Source: Octopus sinensis (lineage: Eukaryota). Taken from it: 64,000 nucleotides of DNA. Position 1 is the first letter of the stretch, and each line of letters begins with the position of its first letter. Positions 12,240 to 25,636 of this stretch are shown piece by piece. The notes below the pieces were generated by a model, which was not told where the DNA came from, ran no database searches, and worked only from the letters and a program-made list of their open reading frames with translations. Where the stretch lies: assembly GCF_006345805.1 (NCBI RefSeq), contig NC_043011.1, forward strand, positions 61,206,464 to 61,270,463, given 5' to 3'. Position numbers and translations under genes: made by a program.

Positions 12240-12415
12240 TACAGCCACAAGTTGTGGAATTCATGGGGATGAGGCAAGCCGATTACTTCGACCCTAGTGA
12301 TCATCTGGTACTTATTTTATCGACCTCGAGAGAGTAAAATGCAACGTCGAACCCGGCGCAATGTGAACTCAGAACGAACGACGGACGAAATACTGGTAAG
12401 CATTTTGCCTGGTGT
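12240..12415 (-). mobile_element. SINE family A, diverged
   Basis: Reverse complement of the head and core (ctggtacttattttatcgacctcg...gaactcagaacg...gaaatactgg). Confidence 0.7.
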
Positions 12416-12761
12416 GCCGTCAAAGTGACACTGCAGTACAAATATAGGAAGCTTAGTATACGCATCATCACTACATATCCGGCAAGGGTCCACCAGTCAC
12501 ACGCATTGCAGTCATGTGTGCGTGATATGCCGATCTCATAGCAAGATAAACAGCGAATGTCCTTGCAGGTGGAGATAGGTTAGAATTATTTTTCAGGTCG
12601 AGTAGCCGCTCCCGCTCAAAAGGTCCCTGAACAAGAGTTACTTAAGGATGCTAAACGAAATACCCATTCTCCAGGGGGTGAATTATTCAAACTTTAAAGA
12701 ATCCCTTTGAACACATGGCTATGATGATACTCCACTATTGCTGTTTGGGATCATAGATTTT

Positions 12762-12825
12762 CTTCTTCTTCTTCTTCTTCTTCTTCTTCTTCTTCTTCTT
12801 CTTCTTTTCTTCTTCTTCTTCTTCT

Positions 12826-12858
<33 letters not shown>

Positions 12859-12884
12859 CTTCTTCTTCTCTCTTCTTCTTCTTC

Positions 12885-12969
<85 letters not shown>

Positions 12970-13073
12970 CATTATTATTATTATTATTGGCTAAACTGGC
13001 AATATGAAATATAACAATATCTGTTTCAACACACGACTTCACATAAAAAATCTTGCACAACAAATATTTAAAC

Positions 13074-13134
<61 letters not shown>

Positions 13135-13165
13135 CATTATTATTATTATTATTATTACTTTTATT
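12762..13165. repeat. (TTC)n + (TTA)n arrays containing a short PLE end
   Basis: Direct reading. 12984-13076 is a non-repeat insert. Confidence 0.9.
12984..13076 (+). mobile_element. Isolated 3' terminus of the PLE family at 35291-36571
   Basis: Matches the reverse complement of about 35288-35390 with a short internal deletion. Confidence 0.8.
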
Positions 13166-13410
13166 ATTCAGTAGTTTTCTTTTTATAGCGTGCTTTCACT
13201 TCACTACCGAACGCAGCTCTGTGTGCCTTGGGTATGTGCTGTGATTTGTTGTGATGCTCTGATGGTTATTGTATGGAAAGTGTTCTGCGTAGGATGTGTG
13301 CTGTGCCTAGTAGTGCAATTTTCTATATGTTATATGTGTTTGTAAGTCCTGATGTTTTTGTTATGTATTTGTCTGAATATTTTTTTATCCTGCCTAATGC
13401 ACCTAATATT
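13163..13410 (-). mobile_element. R4/Dong-clade non-LTR retrotransposon 3' end in a (TAA)n array
   Basis: Minus frame 13409-13266 reads ILGALGRIKKYSDKYITKTSGLTNTYNI*KIALLGTAHILRRTLSIQ*. (TAA)n lies on both sides. Confidence 0.75.
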
Positions 13411-13416
13411 ATTATA

Positions 13417-13503
<87 letters not shown>

Positions 13504-14594
13504 CATCATTATTATGGGCGCATCCAACCATGTGATTTAATCGCTCAGGAAAATTTGGACATTTACCAAGTAAAACTGGAAAACATTTCTTAAAATGGGA
13601 CCTTCAGAGAACTCTTAGCACATTTACCTGCTTAGCTCTCACACACCGAGTGAGAAACAAAGTTTTGAACATAATTTTATTTGTGTTGACACTCAATCCA
13701 AGTTGATTTCGTGCCAGAGACACTATGTCTCACACCTTCTGTCAATCAAAAGAATGAGGTTACGCAGACCATAAAGAAGAAGAAAACTTAGTTGCGCTGC
13801 AAGACGTAAACATTTCTTACGAAAGATATTTAGCTGTGAGAGGTAATATGATACTGAGCGTTCACCGAGTAAACGCGAACAATAACAACGCTCACAAACG
13901 CAAGAACATTTTGCCGATTGAAGACAATTCTGAAATTATCAATTCTAGCAACGAATGTGCAAACCGAGGATTAACCTTTGGTAACGCTGCTAGAACCAGG
14001 GGAATGTTATCTACGGTTCATCTGGCTGATATAACAACTGAATGATAGTAGTAAGTAGCAAAAACAAGTGCGCTTTTGCCTGGAGCCACCAAACAGCTAT
14101 CACCTTGTCTTCGATCATAAAAGCTGAAAAGTTAGACGGAGGACTAGAAAACAAAGAACCAACTTCTCAGATACGTCTCTCCCGACGCCATAAAGGGAAA
14201 ATTTTGCTGACGTAGAAACGAGGAGAGACTTAGAAGCTATTGAAGATAATAATAAGATAATAATATTCATTTTTAGGGGAATAATGTTGACTGGTAACTA
14301 TATATTCTAAAAGAATTTCATTAGTCTTCGCGACAGTGTCATTCCAAAGTGGATTCATAAAACATACACTTTGTAAATAACACCTAAGAATGTTTACTTA
14401 ACCGATGTTGCACTCGCTGTGAGATGGCACGTTACTAATGGCAACGACAAGTTGTGCGTAAAGGAAGGGTCTTCGAAATTTAAAACGATTCTAAAAACCG
14501 AATCAAAACATAGTGTGGTGTAAATCATATTTATGGTGACAATGCAACAAGTGTTTTAAATATTGCTTAAATTAAAAAACAAAATCATCGTTAT

Positions 14595-14820
14595 TATTAA
14601 GACGACGAACTAGTAGAATCGTTAGCACCTCGGATAAAATGCTTAGCGGCATTTCGTCCGTATTTACATTTTTACTTCAAATTCTGTTGTAGTTGACTTT
14701 ACCTTTCATTCTTTCAGAGTAGATAAAATAATTAACAGTTGAGCAATGGGCTCAGTATAATCGACGTAATCCCCCTGTTGAACTTGCCAGCCTCGTACCA
14801 AAATTTTAAACCATTATTAT
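14595..14820 (+). mobile_element. SINE family A (tail 2), diverged
   Basis: gacgacgaactagtagaatcgttagcacctcgg...gttgactttacctttcattctttcagagtagataaaataa. Confidence 0.7.
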
Positions 14821-14831
14821 TGGTGGTGGTG

Positions 14832-14880
<49 letters not shown>

Positions 14881-16186
14881 CTGTCGTATATAGTACAATG
14901 AAACTGGAAGAACACATAAACTAGAAGCGTTTCTTTGGCCGATGTAAGAGTGCATACGTTGTATCCATAGCTCAGTGATGTACATCAATCAAATATATAT
15001 TCAGAACACAGTCAAGGAATTTCAGCTCTATTATGGTGTGCAAGCCTTACTGCTTGTGGGTAGAGTTAGGCTTTGATCTGTGACTTAGGGATTATTTGTC
15101 CGCTACTCAAGGGACCCACAATCTCATCTGATACATTTCTTCGACCTGGCCGGCCACTGACAGAATACGTAGAAAATAGAAGGCCTTAATCCACCAGTGG
15201 AGGAACAACGGCTGATTTTATTGATGGATTAAATTTAAAAATACAGAATATGAAATAAATAAAACAAAGAAAATACGAGATAAACTAAAATGGAAAGGTT
15301 TTTCTTTCTCAGCGCATACAATTGATCTAAAAGCATTTCAGATAGATAGTTCGATCTTTTAAAGTATTCAGAAGGAAGTCTACGTGTGTGTGTGTGTATG
15401 AGTGAGTATGTGTGCGTGTTATCAAGCATTAGATAATGTAAAGAGTCTTTTAGACAACAACTAATGCGTTGCTTAATGTGTAAAAATATTTCTTTCATCT
15501 TTGCCAGTGTTGATGTGCGCAATCAACAGTGAAGTACTTTAAAAACATTGTATTTTGGCTTTGATTATGGAAGATTTCTCTTAAGTCAATTTTAGTTGTT
15601 TTTCTCCATTAACCATTTCACAATATTATGCAATTTGAAATAAAATGAATTCCCTCTGGATTGTTATTAGTAACATTTTTTAATATTCGTAGTTTGAGAA
15701 ATGCATCAAAAGTTTTGTTTCTTAAAACAAGAATCAGGTACGTCTTGGGGAACAAGCATAAAGTGCTCATGTTTATCGATTGTGTTCAGGCTTAACAAAA
15801 TTCTTCAGTAGAAACATGCATAGATGTATAAAGAAATTTATCCTAGATGCAGTTATTGTCAGATAACTTCGTTCGTTTTTTTTCCATTTAGCCGTTCTCC
15901 AACATATATGAGAAAAGAGGTTAAATATCTTATTGAAAAAGCACTAAAAAAGTTGTAGAAGAAAAATAGTGATAAAAAATATAAAACACTACGAGAAAAA
16001 TAATTTTTGTGCTAAAACAAATAAACTTTAGTATGGATTTGATAAATGGAAAAAAAAAAGGATTTATCTGATAACCCAATGAAGTGATAGAGAATTAAAA
16101 ACACAAAAACGGATTCGTAAAGGCATTTGTACATGTTCAACAACGAAATAGGTACATCAATAAAGAAAAGTTTTATATCTTAGGTT

Positions 16187-16236
<50 letters not shown>

Positions 16237-16265
16237 ATATATACATATACATATACATATATATA

Positions 16266-16342
<77 letters not shown>

Positions 16343-16382
16343 ATAAATTAATATAAATATCTACACGTAATATAACACTAAA

Positions 16383-17185
16383 AATGAAAACATTAGTCAT
16401 TACTAAATGTGACTGAAGGTACCAAAGCAACTATATTACAAGAAATAAGAGTTAAAATCACTTGATGCTGTAAAATGCGCGCAATATATATAAAGTTTTA
16501 CCTATTCAGACACTCGATGGTTTGGGTAAATCCGGCTGTCAATATATAGACTTTTACTATAAAAATGTATGGATGTTTTAGCTAAATGCTAATGCGTATA
16601 TTAAAAATTAATGGCGCAATATAATACTGAAAAGGAAACATTCGATCTTCACTAATTTTGACTAATTGTGCTGAAATTAGTCTCGTTTAGTGATCCTAGA
16701 GATCATGGTGCAGTTATCTCCCCTGTCTAGGGGTGGTTATCTTCCCTATCAGTGTATACATATTACGCCTACCTTACAGTATTATTTCTTGCAATAACGG
16801 TGCTTTGGCACTCTCAGTCACAATTAGTGAAGATTAAATTATTCCTAAATGGTATTTTATTGCTCCTGTCTACATCAATTGTTAATATATGCATTAACAT
16901 TTCGCCAAATCAGCCATAAAGATTTATGGGAAAAGTGTATATAACGATCGCTGGATATAGCCAAACCATCAAGCATTTGAATTGTCGTTATTGACGGGAC
17001 TATAACTGATAGTTGAAAGGAATTAATTCTAGTGATCCTATAGACTGCATCGAGCCAGTTATCTCCCCTTATATGGTGTATATATTGCGCGCTTCCCACA
17101 GTATTCAGAGCTTTTAATTCTTATTTCTTGCAATATAGATGATTCGGCACCCTCACTCACAAATAGTGAGGATTACATTTTCCCT
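16383..17185. mobile_element. Old long imperfect inverted repeat with internal direct copy, probably PLE-derived
   Basis: 16383-16620 is the reverse complement of parts of 16870-17185. 16690-16860 is a diverged direct copy of 17030-17185. A decayed HHR-like fold lies at 16987-17036. Confidence 0.5.
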
Positions 17186-17289
17186 GTATATATATATATA
17201 TATTTTTTTGATTTGAAAACCACACTAGAATGGGAGAAAGCGCTAATGATTTAAGTGATATGATATATATATATATATATATATATATA

Positions 17290-17352
17290 TGGAGGTACCC
17301 CAGCATGGCCACAGCTCGTGAGCTGAAACTAGATAAAATTAAAAAAAATAAT
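17290..17352 (+). mobile_element. Ultra-truncated LINE/SINE 3' terminus in (TA)n
   Basis: tggaggtaccccagcatggccacagctcgtgagctgaaactagataaaa shares ccccagcatggcc with the LINE end at 45680-45715. Confidence 0.7.
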
Positions 17353-17372
17353 TATATATATGTATATATATT

Positions 17373-17443
<71 letters not shown>

Positions 17444-18278
17444 ATACATGTACGTACATATATATGTATATATATATATATATATATGTTGCAACACAGC
17501 TCTATTTAGCATGAAACGAATATGGATTCCCCATCTAAGAAAAGCTTGCCTTACAAAGTCACCACACGCGTTGTACAGTATCTCTACTTGCTGCTAATGG
17601 GGAAAAGAATGCGTGCCATAAGGGGAATTGAAATGTCATATGAATGGTCATCAGACAATACTCCAACACCTACTGCAAAAGGTGCCCAACGCTTCCTATG
17701 TGTACAAAAGTCTTTGTCCTTTATAAAGCTAGAAAACTGCAACAAACGATAGCGTTACTTGAAGCGAGTCGCAACCGTTACGCACACACAGACACACACA
17801 CAAACAAACACACACACACACAAACAACTACAGAATGATTATGATAGTCATCTTCAACGCACATTAAGTGTAATAATTATATTTAGCTTTATTGTGATAT
17901 ATTATTTCATACAAAAGAATGACAGCGAGGTCATGTCGAGCCAAACATTTGAAGAAAAATCTAATTCTTTGTTTACTTGAAGATTTTAGGTAAGGGAAAA
18001 CATCTAATTCCATCGACGTCTCAGTGAAGGAACATCTCCCATCATGTTGATTTAAAGAGAAATATTAAATACATAATGTGTTGACAACTTAATCTTTCAT
18101 AGAGCTAAATTACCGGATTAATGTCAAATGTATTTTTCTATTTCATCATCAAATCAGTGAAACAATATATTCTTGTTTCATTTGGAAAACATTTCCAAGG
18201 TTTATATTCTTTCATTTTAAAACGCTGATGATGTAAAGCAATAGCGTTTGAGTGTTCTTCAGAGACGTGCCCATAATC

Positions 18279-18279
<1 letters not shown>

Positions 18280-18373
<94 letters not shown>

Positions 18374-18381
18374 CCAATCTG

Positions 18382-18428
<47 letters not shown>
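18280..18428. repeat. (TATC)n microsatellite
   Basis: Direct reading. Confidence 0.95.
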
Positions 18429-19174
18429 CACAATGGACGGACGCTAGTCATATCGGCTCCAAGTAAGTTGGCCACTTTTACATGTTTAAAACTCCTTGTT
18501 GTCAAATATTTTGTTTTAATCGTTGTGCAAATTCATTCACTAAAAAACCTGAGAATTATTCACGTAGAATTCCGCCCCTGTATGGGCGAAATTACAAAAA
18601 AACGTTCAAAACTTTCGTGGTTTTTTAGGCCATTTTTCATTTTGAAAATGGCAACTAGAAACCACGTGGCTAGCCCGCCAGTCATGCAGAACGGTAGCAA
18701 AACACTATTGCTACCACTAGCTGCTAAACATCGCAGCGTGAACACCGCTGTCACCACCATCACCACCACCAACAACACAACAACAAATCTAACGTCGCAT
18801 TCACCATCGCCGCGACCAAAGACATTAACTTAGATTTCCCCTCACTCCCCACACCACTTGTTGATGATAAAGGGACAGAGAAAGGGATTTCAAAAATGAA
18901 TACAAACGAAAACATGAATGCCAGCACCACCACCATCACCACCAACAAAACAACAACACGAAATTGGCACAAATCCGCCTACCAAAGACAACACCCCAAC
19001 ACCAACACCACTACTACACTACGACGTCAAATGCTACATCCAAGCCTTCTGCTGCTAATACCGCCAACACCAACACCACTACCATGACTTCAATTAATAC
19101 TGCCAGCAATTACATCTACTGCCAAATTCAAAACGAATTTTGCGGACGTAACAAAACAAAAAAGAACAATTGTA

Positions 19175-19274
19175 NNNNNNNNNNNNNNNNNNNNNNNNNN
19201 NNNNNNNNNNNNNNNNNNNNNNNNNNNNNNNNNNNNNNNNNNNNNNNNNNNNNNNNNNNNNNNNNNNNNNNNNN
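19175..19274. other. Assembly gap (100 N)
   Basis: Run of 100 N, a conventional placeholder for a gap of unknown size. Confidence 0.99.
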
Positions 19275-20467
19275 TATTTACTCACCCTTGAGTTATAGTG
19301 ACACACTGCGAAGACCAAACCGAAGCATACGTAACTTCAAAATACTTGAAAACAAACATTTTGCTTTTCTATCTGAGAACAGAAAGTGACCTCTCTGAAT
19401 ACATTTTGTGCACAAATTTGCTATACAGGTGGCCAGATGGCAGAATAGTTAGAACGACGAGCGAAATGCTTCCGGCATGTCATCAGTTTTCACGTTCTGA
19501 GTTCAAATTCAACCGAGGTCAGATGGCTTAGCGGTTAGGATGTTGCACTCACGGTTTTGAGATGTAGTTTCGATTCACAGATCGAGCATTGTCTTGTGTT
19601 CTTGAACAATACAAACGAAGCCAAACAAAACCACAAATCTAAGACAAATCAAGCCATAACTTAAAATTTAAAATCTATCCCTATTTCTAATTTCTACTTT
19701 AATAATTTTCCACTACAATTATCAGTAATCTAGAAATATTAGTGAAATAGGTTATTGCTAATGACACATTGTTTAGTTGCATCCTCTCAAACCATTGTCT
19801 AAAAACACAATATAATTTTGTTTTGTTCTGTAAAACGATGTCAACACCTTTTGTCATCTCATTTAAACGTAGCTTTCTGTAATTTGAGCACATTCACTTG
19901 ACTTCATATATGTTCGATTTTTTTGATAAAAATCTCATTATAATATTTCGTACATTGTATATAATAGTCTACGTTTTTAACGACTTCTGTGGTTTTCTGT
20001 TGTATTCAGCAGAACAATGTGTGTAGTTGATTATATTAATGTGTTCTACAGAAACTGGCGAGGTGTAACATGGTAATTTATGGACACCCAACACCATTAC
20101 GTCGGTTTTGGTTCTCTATTAGAGATATTCTAATTTGGTTTACTTTAGCTACAGAGGAATTTCCGAAAGAAATGGTAAGTTTACAATTCCCATTTTCTCC
20201 TAAATTGTCTATGGTTAGCAATGGTTTGCAATTTTTATTTGGTAATTTGAACAGTGATTCTTCCATATATTCCCTATCATTGAGTACAGAAACTTGGTTT
20301 TTTTCTACGAGCAGACTTATTTGGTCGCCTAGTTTTGTACCACTACTGCGTCCCTGGGTATCTTTTGCGGAGCCCACTCGGTCACAAGCATTCATGACAG
20401 GCCACCGGTTTACCGGTCTGAGGGTGACATCCTTCGCCTCCCCACCAGTCTTGTAGACTCTCTAAAG

Positions 20468-20727
20468 CAGTGATTCTCAACCATTTTTTGCCTATAGATC
20501 CCGCTCCATTCCTATTTTACTTTACTGGGGCCATTACTCACCGTAGCAATTATGGGTTTGAATAAAATTCTGTTATATCTTTATAATTATTGTTAGGAAT
20601 TGTTTTAAATATTGTTGAATTATTCAGTATATAGCAGAAATATAAACAATTTATTGTACATAAGTTTTATCAACCAAACCTTACATGGACCCCCAAGGGC
20701 CATATCGACCGCTGTTGAGTACCACTG
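20468..20727. mobile_element. hAT (Charlie-like) MITE
   Basis: TIRs cagtgattctcaac and gttgagtaccactg. 8-bp TSD ctctaaag / ctataaag. Confidence 0.8.
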
Positions 20728-20956
20728 CTATAAAGGGCCAAAGACTGCAAAATCCTCCTGAATTATTAAGAAAGTTTGTAAGATTGATTCATCGGAAATC
20801 ATTCAAATTTACGATGTTATACATATGCATACTTAATACCATCAATCACTTGGAAAGCAAGTATGCGAGTCAGTTTTGTGTATGTAAAAGGAGAACAAAT
20901 CTCCCTTCTGTAATGATAGTGTGCTCATAAGAAACTTTGCTCTCTGGTACAAGGGA

Positions 20957-21002
20957 TTCTGAGACACCGGTGTTTCGATATATTATGTATTGTCAGTGAG
21001 AA
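20957..21002 (-). ncRNA. Decayed type I hammerhead ribozyme
   Basis: TTCTCA-CTGACAA-...-GAAA-CACCGGTGT-C-TCAGAA. Perfect 10-nt palindromic stem III and GUC site, with G8A in the core. Confidence 0.55.
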
Positions 21003-21654
21003 GTATCCGGATCTGTAAGCCTAAACAAACCACTGGCTTTGTTTATAATTTCAGTGAACGAAATGTTGGTTGATCAGTCCTGGTGCCTGTCAAGGGATGA
21101 AAGAGATGCGTTATGAACATATTCTCGCGTAAAAGGAGAGGTTACTGTCATGTCTACCTGTATTTGCGGCTGTCTTTGTGTGGCTTTGTTTTTGTACCCA
21201 GAACCTCACAACATAAGCACCTGACTTGAAATAGATACTAGGGGTGAGTCATTTGAGTAAACTTACCCTCCCTGTTTCTCCCTGTGCTCATTCCGATGAC
21301 TGTAACAAAAGAATTTAAAATATTTTTTATATTTTTAGTAACGAAAAACAAAAACTAAAAACAAAAACAAAACCGACTTTGCTGTTATTAATAGGAAGAT
21401 AATCTATCGACGGCTTCTCAGTGCTACGATTAGAGTCGCTAACGAAACGCGAACCAAAGATCCTTCGTTTATCTACCGTTTCATTACTTATCATTGAACG
21501 AATGTTAACAGTCTTAACAGGGTTTCATTACTTCCTTCCCGCCAATCCTCAATTCCAAATCTCACTTACTCACAATCGCATACAGGCTGTATCACACACA
21601 CACACACACACATACAGACAGACAGACACACACATACAGACATATATATAGATA

Positions 21655-21718
21655 TATAGATATATATGTGTGTGTGTGTATTATATTTATATGTATATAC
21701 ATATGCATTTATATTTAA

Positions 21719-21783
<65 letters not shown>

Positions 21784-22008
21784 TGCATATATATATATAT
21801 ATATACACACACGTAATCAGATGGTAGGAAATTGTTCTATATATATATATATATATGCATATATATGTATATATAAATATATATGCATATATATATATAT
21901 GCATATATATGTATATATACATATGCATATATATATGCATATATAAATATATATGCATATATATATATGCATATATATGTATATATACATATGCATATAT
22001 ATATATGC

Positions 22009-22040
<32 letters not shown>

Positions 22041-22072
22041 GCATATATATATATATATACATATATATATGC

Positions 22073-22117
<45 letters not shown>

Positions 22118-22185
22118 ATATATGCATATATATAATATATATATATATATATATTATAATATATATATATTATATATATATATGC

Positions 22186-22277
<92 letters not shown>

Positions 22278-22280
22278 CAC
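21655..22280. repeat. (TA)n/(TATATGCA)n compound array
   Basis: Direct reading. Confidence 0.95.
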
Positions 22281-23122
22281 GTAAATCAGATGATAGGAAA
22301 TTGTTGCCTTTCAGTAAGACGTATTTACGTTGTTAGCGACAATGGTATGGATACCTTGGGCTTCTTCTGTAAATATATTACGAAAACACGGTGTCAGCTA
22401 ACGAATGTCATGTAATTTCACCATTATATTTATCAACTTTATAACCAACCATTTACGTCTTTCTGGTCTATCTCTCTTGGCTGCTATTTACCTTATGTTG
22501 TTTCATTAGTAATTTACCACCAATTTCCAGTCTAAAATCCATGGAGTGTTTCAAAAGTAAATGATATCTGTGTATTGTATTGATCTACGCTCCTTAAGCA
22601 ATTCATTCATATCATATATTTTGAAGCTATTTCGTAATGCAATTACATACATACAAACAAGCAAACATATCCGTGTAAAACGACGCAAGCACGCATATAT
22701 TTACATATTCACGTAGATGCGAATGTGCTTATGTATGTATGTACGTATGTACGTATGTATGTATGTAAGTGCGTGCGTGTGTGTGAGTATGAAAAATGCC
22801 ACAAGCTTCTGTAATTTAAAATATATTATACTTCCAAACAAATACTGCTGCACGACTACTGACGATCATACACTATACATACATATTACATACATACATA
22901 CATACAGATAGATAGATAGAGAGAGGTAGATAGATGGATAGATATATATGTTTATTACATTTAAAGTCTAACACAAGGAGGAAGTTATATAGCTTTAAGG
23001 AAAATCAAGGAACGTATCAGTTTTATAGATGATATATATCAGTGCAGATATAATCAGCCATTATAAGACACAAACTTGGCACACACATATACACAACACA
23101 GTGTGTGTGTATATATATAATA

Positions 23123-23196
<74 letters not shown>

Positions 23197-23808
23197 CAAA
23201 AATCACATAAACGAGGCAGCTATATATTAGATCATAAAAGTGATTTCTAGCAACAACACAAATATTTCAAGATAGAATTTAACAATATTTGAACGACAAC
23301 AAAACGTAACCAGATATAAACAGATGCATAAATGAGATGAAGTTTCATAAAAGTGTTTCATACAATAAAATACGCCGGCCATTTATATTTTCCAAAATAA
23401 CAGACGCAACAGCAACAAACAGACTTGTACATAAATGTGCTTCCTTTGTTGATAAGCATTAAAATCGATGATGGGTGGTAGATATAGATCGTGAATACAG
23501 TTGCCAAATATAGGATTTGAATTGAGTTTATTGCGAAAAGGATTGAATTTTGTTATAAAACTATTCGTTTGGTAACAACTCGCCAACGAGGCAGACTCTG
23601 CGTGGTCATTCGATTTTATGGAATTCGCTGATAAATATTTATTGAGATCGTAGTCTTCATTTGTTTTTTTTTTAAATATGCATCTTGGGAGATTTGATTC
23701 TGGATTTCATTGCACTAAATAAAATAAAACTACGGGAAGATCGCACTCGGATGTCGTTTGGATACGGGCGCGCTCGATCAGGGCTGGCACGGAGCAAACC
23801 ATCGACAT

Positions 23809-24465
23809 CACCACCACCTCCACCACGACCCCCGCACCACCACCACAACCACCACCACCATGACCACAACCACCACAGCCACCACCATCACCACCACCAC
23901 CACAACCACCACAACCCCCACCCCACCACCACCATCACCACCACCACCATCACCATCACCACCACCAGCACAACCACCACCACCACCAGCACCACCACCA
24001 GCACAACCACCAGCACCACCACCAGCACCACCACCAGCACAACCACCACCACCACCACCACAACCACCACAACCCTCCACCACAACCCCCACCCCACCAC
24101 CACCATCACCACAACCACCACCACCACCAGCACAACCACCACCACAACCACCATCACCACCACTACGACGACGACCACCACCACCACGACCCCCACCCCA
24201 CCACCACCATCACCACCACCACAACCACCACCATCACAACCACCAGCACAACCACCACCACCACCACAACCACCACCACCACCACAATCACCATCACCAC
24301 CACCATCACAACCACCACCACAACCACCACCACCACCACCACCACCAGCACAACCACCACCACCACCGCAAGCAACACCACCACCACCACAGCAACAACA
24401 ATGACGACGGCAACGACAACAAAACAAACTCAACAACAACAACAGCAGCAACAACAACATCAACA
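23809..24465. repeat. (CAC/CAA/CAG)n compound trinucleotide array
   Basis: Direct reading. Source of the poly-P/T/H ORFs. Confidence 0.95.
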
Positions 24466-24861
24466 ATAAGAGCAGCAGCGAAACCAACAACTTGCCAACG
24501 GCTTTTTTCTTCTGCGTCGACACAGATCGATTCTTCGATTAAAAGGTGTGGAGTTACAGGTATTTCAAATGATATTACCTGATTTCTCGTTGAAATGCTG
24601 ATAGTTTCTAAACCTGTGAACCTTCGTTAATCCATAATGGTTTAGTTAGAGCAGGGCACACAACATGAGGGGCAGGAACGCATCACCCAGGAGGTTTTCT
24701 GCCGTTCCCCACACAAACATCGGGACTGGTGAGAGAAACAAAAACTATAATTTTTTGAATTTTCCACGGGTTGGGGCTTCCAAAAACACCGTCTTGAGAT
24801 ATGGGTACAGTGGACAGATGCCCAAGGGCTTCACGGGTGCAGGGACCTAATTCTAATCTAA

Positions 24862-25086
24862 CCGATTCATAAGGGTAGGTTTCCTTATTTCTGTGGCGTA
24901 TGAATTCCTCACCTGGACTGGACGCCGGTCCGTCGCAGGATTACTCGTTTCCTCACCTGAGTGGACAGTAGCAAGGTGAAATGAAGTGTTTTCCTCAAGA
25001 ACACAACGCGTCACCCGATTCAGGAATCGAAATCACATTCTTACGATCATGAGTCTAACACTCTTAACCACTAAGCCACGTGTCTT
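24862..25086 (-). mobile_element. tRNA-derived SINE family C
   Basis: Homologous to 52805-53065. Head gtggcttagtggttaagag and V-like ctgcgacggaccggcgtccagtccagg. Confidence 0.8.
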
Positions 25087-25378
25087 CATTAAGGTGGATT
25101 TTTTCAATGAATAAACATTATAAGGACCCAGTGCGTTGAATTGTCTCGAGCTCTGTAATGCTTCTAAGTCGGCCCTGACCTCCACTGAATGCTTGTATCA
25201 GACTGGACTCTAATAAAGTACCCGAATACCCGGCTGTAGTGTTGATCCGGTGAAGGATTAACGCAATCCCATGAACAAAATATTGAGAGGCTCGTAAAAT
25301 AATTTATACTTTATTGTTCAAAGGTAGTGGTGGATTCTCTACCCGTATAGGCATACACACACACACGCACACACACAC

Positions 25379-25452
<74 letters not shown>

Positions 25453-25588
25453 GAGGGCATTATACATACATGCCAGAGGGCATTATACATACATGCCACA
25501 CGCTAAGAGGGACAATTAGTCATTTCTACCAAAAATATTACTAATCCCACCGAATGCAATTTTTCAAAGTAAGACATTTAAAAAATAT

Positions 25589-25636
25589 AGACCTGTATCA
25601 CCGTGATTTCATACTTACGTATTCATCAGCAGGCCT
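25589..25636 (-). ncRNA. Type I hammerhead ribozyme, complete core (copy 1)
   Basis: AGGCCTG-CTGATGA-ATAC-GTAA-GTAT-GAAA-TCACGGTGAT-A-CAGGTCT. Confidence 0.85.

Larger units (their letters stand above)
19700..21002 (-). mobile_element. Decayed PLE (5' hammerhead plus RT N-terminal region), interrupted by a hAT MITE
   Basis: Minus translation gives VSVLNDREYMEESLFKLPNKNCKPL, then GCP*IT (cf. GLPKIH), then TTEVVKNVDYYIQ. The frame stays open across the MITE site. A decayed HHR lies upstream at 20957-21002. Confidence 0.5.

Noticed and set aside
13756-14045. Open frame of about 96 codons in non-repetitive sequence
   Set aside because: No recognisable domain or convincing splice sites. An exon cannot be excluded without RNA data.
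15765-15815. CTGAAGA motif on the minus strand (other isolated CTGANGA hits at 7654, 17647, 18226, 32478 and 34135)
   Set aside because: No correctly placed GAAA with paired stems.
18540-18833. Promoter-like cluster (CCGCCC, CACGTG, AAAATGGC) and a short ATG frame
   Set aside because: Short motifs occur by chance, and the frame runs into CAC/CAA repeats.
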